Source: a virus
Direction: 5' to 3' (one strand)
Length of the DNA stretch: 64,000 nucleotides
IMG/VR virus record: IMGVR_UViG_3300044675_001894
Location: 32,858-96,857 of that record
The first letter of the stretch is position 1; each line of letters begins with the position of its first letter. A model generated the notes under the pieces. The model was not told the origin of the DNA. It made no database searches and saw nothing but the letters and a program-made list of their open reading frames with translations. This document shows, piece after piece, positions 57,185 through 64,000 of the stretch. Made by a program: the position numbers and the translations under genes.

Positions 57185-57820
57185 TTATTTGGTATCAATG
57201 TTAGCGATGTCTGTGTCGCTCCATGCGATGTAGAAACCTTCGTGGTGAACTGTCATTGATTGGATCAGGATACCATTGTCTCCAGCGTTCAAGTCAGTGA
57301 GTGCGTAAGCGCCAGGCCATGCGTTGAAAAGTTTAAATGCAAACTTAACGTTACCTGGGGTGATGGAGTCACTCTGGGTGCCACCGTCATACTGGTACTT
57401 CAAAGCACCGCTGTTCAATTCACTTGCGGTATGTGGGTGATCATAAACACGAACCACGATGTCACAACGGTAGTCTCCGTCGCCCATTGCAAGTCCCTGT
57501 TCTCCAGAAATGCCGCCGCCCAACCATGCATGGATGAACTTTTGCCACTTCCACAATTGGTCTTGCCCAGCAAATGCTCCACGTGCAAAAGACACAGGAG
57601 CAAAGTCTGACTGAGCAACCATCTTGTGTGGGTGGGTGTTCATTCCGCCTTCACGGTAGGAGATGACTTCGTTGGTTACTGAGATACCACTTACCTGAGC
57701 AAAGCCGAGTTCGCCAATTTGGCTAAGGTTATTAGCCAAGTTGCCATCAGCCGACTTTGGCGAGATGCTCACTCGGAACTTAAAGTTACGGAGTGGATCA
57801 GTGCGTAGTGTAGTTGCCAT
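57185..57820 (-). CDS. tail tube protein (T4 gp19 family)
   Basis: DPLRNFKF, F..VSG, YREGG and NAWP. Confidence 0.92.
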   Translation of the reverse strand: MATTLRTDPLRNFKFRVSISPKSADGNLANNLSQIGELGFAQVSGISVTNEVISYREGGMNTHPHKMVAQSDFAPVSFARGAFAGQDQLWKWQKFIHAWLGGGISGEQGLAMGDGDYRCDIVVRVYDHPHTASELNSGALKYQYDGGTQSDSITPGNVKFAFKLFNAWPGAYALTDLNAGDNGILIQSMTVHHEGFYIAWSDTDIANIDTK

Positions 57821-57838
57821 TTTTTAAATGCTCCTTGA

Positions 57839-59416
57839 TTAGAGAGTTCCAGCGGAGTTTCCGCCAGCCCACTGAGTGAGGTTGATTACAACGAATTCGG
57901 CTGGGTACTGCAGTGCAATGCCAACCTCAATATTTACGTAGCCATCTTCAATAGACGATTGTGTGTTATTTGTAGAATCACAAAGGATGTAGAACGCACT
58001 GTCTGGGTTTGAACCCTTCAAGTTGCCCTTTGCCCAGAAGTCGGTCAAGGTGCTTGACAAAGCAATCTTGATACGGCTCCATAGACGCTCATCGTTTGGC
58101 TCAAACACAGCAAATTGTGTTTGATCCGCAAGAGCAACACGCAAGTACGAAAGGGTACGGCGGATTGGGATGTACTTATCTGGACGATTCTTTGCCAAAG
58201 TGCGAGCACCATTGATAATGGTTCCGCCTCCTGCAATCGTACGGATGCAGTTAACATGGTTAACGTTGTACAAGGTTCCTTGATCAGCATCTGTAAGAGT
58301 TGCTACAAGACCAAATACGTTCTGTAGATCCAAGAAGTAACCAGCAGGTGCTTTAGCAACACCACGGAGACTTTCTGAACGTACATACGCACCAGCAACT
58401 GCTCCACCTGTGTAGGTGTCACGAATAGCCGTTGGACCACTCTTCGCTGGGTCATACATCTTCAATGCTGGGAAGTACACAGCACCGTAGCCACCGTTGG
58501 TGGTGCTGTAACTAGCAATGGCAGTCTGCATGTCAGCCTTAGTTGCCGCATTCAAAGGGCAGTCAATGATAACAAAGGCGTCTGCACGTGCTGCAGCGTA
58601 AGAAAGGGCTTGGTTGATACGGGTGCTGCTGGTTTGTCCAACGAGGTTAATCAACAAAGGACCATTTACAATGTCCAAGTTGGTTACGCCAGTTGCCCAC
58701 TCAGTGTCATCGCTTACAGCACCTGGGGTAACTGCGTCCGAACCACCAGTCAATGCGAAGGAAGTCTCATAGTCATTAAGACCAATTCCCGAAACGGTAA
58801 GTGTAGCGTTGCTTGCAATCGTTGCAGGTGTTCCTTGCAGTTTTACATACGAAGAATAAAGTTCAAGAACAGTCTTGTAGTAGCGACTTGATGAAGCATC
58901 AAACGATAGTTCTTGCCAGCGTTCTACTTCTACTGTTGAACCAGAACGTGTCTGACTTACAGTAAGTGCAAACAAAGTGTTTGCTCGGATTTTTGGTGCT
59001 GTTGACAAATCTGCCAAAGTGTTTGGGTCAAATGAAATGCTTACTGAGAGGTTGTCTCCCCATGCACCCTTTGAAGCGGCTTCCAAAACAAACATTGTTG
59101 AAGCGGCTGATGCGCCAGTCAATGTTCCTTGGAAAGTGTATGACGATGCTACTGCGGTAGTATCAAGCACTCGTGACACATAGGCGTCACGTCCACCGTT
59201 AGCAAAGTAGTGGTAGATGGCATAACCAAGGTCATAAGTATTTGAGATTTCTCCATACTTAGCCTTGTAGTCGTTCCAAGAGGTGATCAATGTTGCTGAT
59301 GCTGGACCACGTTCTGCGTAGCCAACAAAGGCAGCGGCAGTAGTAGCGGCACGAGGGGTTACATTGCTGGTAAATGGAGTCTCACGTACGTAGACTCCAG
59401 GGCGGTCGTATGCCAT
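57839..59416 (-). CDS. contractile tail sheath protein
   Basis: PGVYV.E, GV.KAPAG, GARTL, VFEPND..LW and PAEFVV. Confidence 0.95.
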   Translation of the reverse strand: MAYDRPGVYVRETPFTSNVTPRAATTAAAFVGYAERGPASATLITSWNDYKAKYGEISNTYDLGYAIYHYFANGGRDAYVSRVLDTTAVASSYTFQGTLTGASAASTMFVLEAASKGAWGDNLSVSISFDPNTLADLSTAPKIRANTLFALTVSQTRSGSTVEVERWQELSFDASSSRYYKTVLELYSSYVKLQGTPATIASNATLTVSGIGLNDYETSFALTGGSDAVTPGAVSDDTEWATGVTNLDIVNGPLLINLVGQTSSTRINQALSYAAARADAFVIIDCPLNAATKADMQTAIASYSTTNGGYGAVYFPALKMYDPAKSGPTAIRDTYTGGAVAGAYVRSESLRGVAKAPAGYFLDLQNVFGLVATLTDADQGTLYNVNHVNCIRTIAGGGTIINGARTLAKNRPDKYIPIRRTLSYLRVALADQTQFAVFEPNDERLWSRIKIALSSTLTDFWAKGNLKGSNPDSAFYILCDSTNNTQSSIEDGYVNIEVGIALQYPAEFVVINLTQWAGGNSAGTL

Positions 59417-59454
59417 TGTTTACTCCTAAATCAGGGGTGACAGGGTTTCAATAA

Positions 59455-60090
59455 TTAATTTGTCTGTTCAAGTGTAGTTGATACAGACGATACTTTCTTG
59501 AGACCAGTTAGTGAAGACGTTGGGATCTCCGACGTCATTTGTAGTGTGTATACCTTACGGAAAATACGCTTGCGGTAGCCCGCCTCAGGGTCTAGGAGGT
59601 CTGCTGTAGACCAATCTAAGAGGTCCAAACGACGAGACGTTCCATCCGCCTCAATCATTATGGAACTGTACCTGTAGGGAACTATGCTCGCAAGCATTTG
59701 TGAAGCCAGTTGTCGGTCATGTATAGCACTTCTTGTAAACGTAGAAACTTGGTATAAAAGGTCTACAGGGGTAAATTCCGTAGTCCTGAAAGAGTCAAAC
59801 CCTGCAACATTAGGGGAACTAGCCGAAGAGGTGCTAGGCCAGTAGTCAAGGTTATTTGGGTGACCTGCACGGTGGGTGTCCAGATAGGTGTCAGAATGCT
59901 GACGGTTTTTGGCATGGACAATGTCAATAAGTTCAATCGTAATAAAAGGGTATTTACGCTCAGTTTCACCTTCTGGATAACGAAAGAAAACTTGTACGGG
60001 GCGCTGTGCGTCACGATCATCAGAGACAGTCAGGTCAGAGAAACGCTTTTTAATAGCCTCGTCTTCAGCGAACAGAAACCCTTGTTTCAT
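59455..60090 (-). CDS. tail completion/terminator-like protein
   Basis: YPFITI, PVDL.YQV; position upstream of the sheath. Confidence 0.6.
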   Translation of the reverse strand: MKQGFLFAEDEAIKKRFSDLTVSDDRDAQRPVQVFFRYPEGETERKYPFITIELIDIVHAKNRQHSDTYLDTHRAGHPNNLDYWPSTSSASSPNVAGFDSFRTTEFTPVDLLYQVSTFTRSAIHDRQLASQMLASIVPYRYSSIMIEADGTSRRLDLLDWSTADLLDPEAGYRKRIFRKVYTLQMTSEIPTSSLTGLKKVSSVSTTLEQTN

Positions 60091-60217
60091 TTAGGGGCTT
60101 TTACACAGACGGCAAAACTAGAACTCAAAGGCAACACAGATGACAAGCCGATCATGGCACATCCTTAAGTTCTAGGCGTTGGACCCCTTAGCGCTCGCTA
60201 AGATTGATCTAAGTTTA

Positions 60218-60754
60218 TCAAATAATAGGCAACGCTGTAGGCCAAGGTAGGTTTTGAGTACCCATAGATTCAGGACCTACGTCAAACGGCATTTCTTGAT
60301 TTATGTAAACTTCAATACCTTCAACCACTACCATGACGTCATCACGAAGGCGACCACGAACACGGTAGGTGGCAATAGCAAAGTAACGACCGTCATACAA
60401 GAACATGTCGTTTAGGTGTCTCTGGTACTCAAACGGGTCGGTAACCCCTGCCGTTCTAAAGTCTTCAATAGATGCCACAAAGTTAGTAAGTTCTACAGGC
60501 TGACGACCTTCTGGAATGGCTCTCTTTTGGTCTTCAGTTTCCGTAACCATCAAGGTAGGAATGACTACACCAGCCTTATACCTACGCCCACCTGTTCCCA
60601 CAATGCCTTCGTCGTAGACATCATCGTAGATAGATCCTGCACTGGCTGGGGTAGTTTGTGGGATGTACTCAAACCAAACTATTGATTCACCGTAGTTCCT
60701 CGTGTATTCACGGTAGTGACGGCGTATCTGAGATAACTCACGTCTAATATCCAT
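60218..60754 (-). CDS. neck/head-closure-like protein
   Basis: D.VYDEG motif; position. Confidence 0.55.
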   Translation of the reverse strand: MDIRRELSQIRRHYREYTRNYGESIVWFEYIPQTTPASAGSIYDDVYDEGIVGTGGRRYKAGVVIPTLMVTETEDQKRAIPEGRQPVELTNFVASIEDFRTAGVTDPFEYQRHLNDMFLYDGRYFAIATYRVRGRLRDDVMVVVEGIEVYINQEMPFDVGPESMGTQNLPWPTALPII

Positions 60755-61566
60755 TAGAAAAACGAATTGTTGACGTAGCCCTCTTGAGGAGCCATATCAA
60801 CAAATACGTCCTCACGCAAGTTGTCAATCGGGGCTTCTTCCAATTGAATAACCTCTTTGTCAGGGTTCGGGAAGATACGCTCGGTAGGACTGTAGTCACC
60901 AAGTTCTTTAGCCTTGAACATCGGTACATAACGGTTAGTCGTTCTGGAGACACGACGCAGATTGAATATTTCAATTCTGTCAACACCAATATTGAGGGAA
61001 CGAGCCTGTGTCTCATATTGGTTGCTCCAATACGCAAGGAGGCTCTGTACCATGCGGAAACGCTGGCTGGCAGGAATATGGATGGACTCTGAGGTCATGA
61101 CGTCAATGTCACGGCTGAACTCAGACATCAAAGCACCAAGGGCTTCTACAATGCACCCAATACCAATGGTTTCAATAATTAGTTTAGCCATGTTTTCTAA
61201 AGGAATGTCAAGGCTAAAAGTATGTTGGTTAATGGCTTGCTTGGCGTAGAACTCTAGATCCTGTGGGGAAACCCATTCGTAGTGGTATCCCTCAATCATG
61301 ATCTTGGCGCCAGATGCAGGCGTGGTAGCCAAGCGCAGGATTCCATTGCGGGTATCCAAGGAGTATTGAGCGGTAGTTAATTCGCTAACTGAAGCGCCAA
61401 CATTACTGGCAATCCACAAAGTATCAGGATCAATGTTAGGATGACCTAATTCGTAAGTCCTGCCTACGGAGTCAAAAGAAACCTGAAAGAACTTAGGGAA
61501 GTCTCGTAGGTATGTCCGTGCTACTTCTGTGACTTCATCAAGGATGCTCTGGGCGTAGATTGACAT
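60754..61566 (-). CDS. head-tail adaptor-like protein
   Basis: Position; leaderless after TAAACT. Confidence 0.55.
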   Translation of the reverse strand: MSIYAQSILDEVTEVARTYLRDFPKFFQVSFDSVGRTYELGHPNIDPDTLWIASNVGASVSELTTAQYSLDTRNGILRLATTPASGAKIMIEGYHYEWVSPQDLEFYAKQAINQHTFSLDIPLENMAKLIIETIGIGCIVEALGALMSEFSRDIDVMTSESIHIPASQRFRMVQSLLAYWSNQYETQARSLNIGVDRIEIFNLRRVSRTTNRYVPMFKAKELGDYSPTERIFPNPDKEVIQLEEAPIDNLREDVFVDMAPQEGYVNNSFF

Positions 61567-61585
61567 GCTTACAGTTTACTTCAAA

Positions 61586-61741
61586 TTACTGATCTCCTGA
61601 GCCAGCCCCAGGAACAGTGTCACGTGATGGCTGGTTTATCTCGGGTTGTGTCTCCCTATGGCGGTGGGACATAGTTCCACGAAGACGGGTTATGTCTTCT
61701 ACGGTGCCTGTTGGTTTAGGGATTGGTCGCTCTAAGGTCAC
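61586..61741 (-). CDS. small hypothetical protein (51 aa)
   Basis: Hand-translated from GTG: MTLERPIPKPTG...; GTGA coupling. Confidence 0.5.
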   Translation of the reverse strand: MTLERPIPKPTGTVEDITRLRGTMSHRHRETQPEINQPSRDTVPGAGSGDQ

Positions 61742-62052
61742 TTAAACCCACCTTCTGCTTTAGCCCGTTGATAACTAGCCCAAGGACCATTAATAAAGTT
61801 ATTAAACATAAAAGCCGCATTTGTATAGGCGTTGAGAGACGGTGATAGATGAGGTATACCACCTTCAAAGGCTTCACATAAACCTTCAATAGAAGAACGA
61901 AGGTTTTCTGTGATGTGCTTTTTTATGGCTGGTATAAAGTTTGGGTCAGCCTCAGCAAGTTCAATTAATAAATGAGGCTCTTGTATTGTGATGTACTGAG
62001 CACCTTGTTTAATTAAAGGTCCATTTAACGTTGCAATTAATTCATATTCCAT
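61738..62052 (-). CDS. hypothetical protein
   Basis: 104 aa ORF. Confidence 0.65.
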   Translation of the reverse strand: MEYELIATLNGPLIKQGAQYITIQEPHLLIELAEADPNFIPAIKKHITENLRSSIEGLCEAFEGGIPHLSPSLNAYTNAAFMFNNFINGPWASYQRAKAEGGFK

Positions 62053-62056
62053 GTTG

Positions 62057-62212
62057 TTACCATTTTCCTATCGGGCACTTTGACCCTTTGAGTTGTGCTT
62101 TTACTTTCATGAAACAACCACACTCTTTACAAGTCATGGTTGGTGTAAATAGACGAGGGCACTCACGACAAATGTCCAGCCGTTGTTCTGGAGTAAGTTC
62201 TTGTGGGCTCAT
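62057..62212 (-). CDS. DUF6171-like Cys-rich protein (51 aa)
   Basis: Hand-translated RLDICRECP.....TCKECGCFM.VK......CPIGKW. Confidence 0.75.
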   Translation of the reverse strand: MSPQELTPEQRLDICRECPRLFTPTMTCKECGCFMKVKAQLKGSKCPIGKW

Positions 62213-63171
62213 GCTGGAGAGTATATAAACCTTTCCATACTATTTGCTTGTGTTCCTGTAGTTGTTGGCGCCAGTATAAACCCATGTCGTTTAGCCGTAA
62301 TAGGGCTAGACGGAGTGTTAGTCAGAGTTTCAATAGTAGTTCCGCCATTCATTTTAGCGGTTGCTGTAATAACTCCAGCCTTAGACACACTTGCCTGTAC
62401 ATACTCAATTGTAGAATTAGACGTTGTTGTTGTTTGTATGTTCTTTGTGGCTACTTCAGTGACTGTTCCAGCAACTGACTTAATTAACCTTATTTTATAT
62501 GTGTATTGTGTTGTTGCGGTGTATGACGCACCTGTAACAGTGTTGTAAATAGTGTAAGGAGTACATGCAGCATCTGCTGAACCAACATAAGACAAACTAG
62601 GTGAACTACAACCATATGTTAAACCCATTCCAGCCCCAGGAATATCGTATAAACAACCTCCCCATATCGCTCCATCAATAAAAGTGAAACAAAGTGTGTC
62701 AGTGTAATAAGAAAAAGGGCCACATGCGTAATACCCATAACAGCCAGTTCCCGATAAAATAAGACCTCCTGGACATGAGTAAGTACAAGACAGTCCTGTA
62801 GTTGTAGTCGTAGTGTCTGGTTTCTTACAAGTTGTACCTGTCAATGTGTCGCCAGGATCACAGACATAACCAAATGTTTTATCAGTAACTACAGCCCACC
62901 AGTTGGCTGTATCTTTAACCCAAAATGCCACACCCCACCCATGCGTGTCCGCTGCTCCATAATCAACACGAACGTTTACAGCAGGTGTATTAGAGTTAAA
63001 AGAAGCAAGAGGGTATGAAGAAGCCGCAGTCGCTGTAGATGACTTTCCTTCTACAACAGACCATGAGCCACGTGTGCTAGTCCAGCGTTGTGCTAAAGAA
63101 CCTGTTCCCGAAAACTCGTCGGTAAAAGCACGAGCGGCTGAAACTGCGGAATCTACAATTCCTGGAATCAT
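62209..63171 (-). CDS. putative tail fibre/receptor-binding protein
   Basis: Thr/Ser-rich beta domain with a Cys-rich insert. Confidence 0.55.
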   Translation of the reverse strand: MIPGIVDSAVSAARAFTDEFSGTGSLAQRWTSTRGSWSVVEGKSSTATAASSYPLASFNSNTPAVNVRVDYGAADTHGWGVAFWVKDTANWWAVVTDKTFGYVCDPGDTLTGTTCKKPDTTTTTTGLSCTYSCPGGLILSGTGCYGYYACGPFSYYTDTLCFTFIDGAIWGGCLYDIPGAGMGLTYGCSSPSLSYVGSADAACTPYTIYNTVTGASYTATTQYTYKIRLIKSVAGTVTEVATKNIQTTTTSNSTIEYVQASVSKAGVITATAKMNGGTTIETLTNTPSSPITAKRHGFILAPTTTGTQANSMERFIYSPA

Positions 63172-63174
63172 AGA

Positions 63175-64000
63175 TTAATCCGTAAGGTTTCCGATAGCCA
63201 CCCAACTATTTGCACCACGTTTAATCAACGTGCAAGCAGCCCATTGGTTAAGGAGTTTACGCTTACCACTGTCAGTGTTTAGGGTAACGCCCGCTCCAGG
63301 AACCAATGTTACTTGACCTAGATCCGTTTGAATGATGTCAATGCGATCACCTGTAGTAAACGCAACAGAGTCAGTAGGGATGGTGAGGTTGCATGCTGAA
63401 CCGCTTGCTACTTCAACTAACTTACCCAAGTCACTTGCTACCAAAGTGTATGAACCCGCTACAGCATTAACCGTTGAGTTAAAACCTGCACGAGGAGCAC
63501 CCGTTGCAAGTTTGGCGGTTGTAATTGAAGCATCTGCAATCTGTGTGCTACCTACAGTTCCAGCAGTAATTGCTGAACCAGCAATGTTTGTTAGTGACGC
63601 ACCCGATCCTGAGAAAGTAGTTGCAGTTACAGCCCCTGCGGTGAAATTACCGCTTGCGTCACGTTGAACCAAAGTGTTAGCCGTGTTGGCTGAAGCCATT
63701 GCTACATAGGTAGCAAGGTTGGTCCATGTAGACGCCCCAGTCTTCACATAGACATGAGACTGACCAGTGTTAGATGGGCTGGTGGTAGTTACATAAGTGT
63801 CACCTACAGAACCCGTACCGCCAGCAGGCGCACCAGAAGCCACACGGCTTAGTGAGGACGAAGCAAATGCTCTCTTATCTACAACCAACTCTGTGGTGTA
63901 GGTGGTATTAAAAGTATTCTTTACATAGACGGCATACAGCGGAATTTGTGTGTCAGCCAGCGTTGGGAACACTGGGTTAGTTGCACTAGATGTTCCCTGT
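63175..64000 (-). CDS. tail fibre-like protein, 5' end off the window
   Basis: ANTLVQRDASGNF, YTLV.SD.GK and W..IGNL. Confidence 0.7.
   Translation of the reverse strand, partial: QGTSSATNPVFPTLADTQIPLYAVYVKNTFNTTYTTELVVDKRAFASSSLSRVASGAPAGGTGSVGDTYVTTTSPSNTGQSHVYVKTGASTWTNLATYVAMASANTANTLVQRDASGNFTAGAVTATTFSGSGASLTNIAGSAITAGTVGSTQIADASITTAKLATGAPRAGFNSTVNAVAGSYTLVASDLGKLVEVASGSACNLTIPTDSVAFTTGDRIDIIQTDLGQVTLVPGAGVTLNTDSGKRKLLNQWAACTLIKRGANSWVAIGNLTD

Noticed and set aside
46433-60090. Bacterial extracellular contractile injection system
   Set aside because: Linked to a full phage replisome, neck genes and an early region; this is a phage tail.

Overview
This window is about 64 kb of a lytic, contractile-tailed (myovirus-like) dsDNA phage. 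The host is very likely an Actinobacterium: there are two WhiB genes, many leaderless genes and an Actinobacterial-type LexA-like box. No capsid, portal or terminase genes are in the window. Layout: 1-8.1 kb holds accessory enzymes and a minus-strand cassette of small effector-like proteins (ParB-like, GNAT, ART-like) that share an LSx(1-2)Q(F/L) tag. 8.15-9.2 kb is a non-coding divergence region with DnaA-, LexA- and CRP-like boxes. 9.2-20.6 kb is a plus-strand early-type region whose genes have structured RNA leaders and a conserved Shine-Dalgarno hairpin (CCU-GAGG-AGG). 20.5-44.7 kb carries minus-strand middle and replication genes (glycosyltransferase, SpoVS, RecA, PolA, SSB, SNF2, primase, DnaB, DnaC-like, an initiator with iterons). 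46-64 kb is the baseplate, tape measure, tube, sheath, neck and fibre module. The most notable observation is a predicted small RNA at about 44766-44901. It displays GACCUCCUCAGG, which is exactly antisense to the early-gene RBS hairpins, and CCUCCUUUCU, which mimics the 16S rRNA 3' anti-SD. This suggests an RNA-based translational shut-off system for early (and possibly host) mRNAs. All calls come from reading the sequence by eye; no database searches were run.
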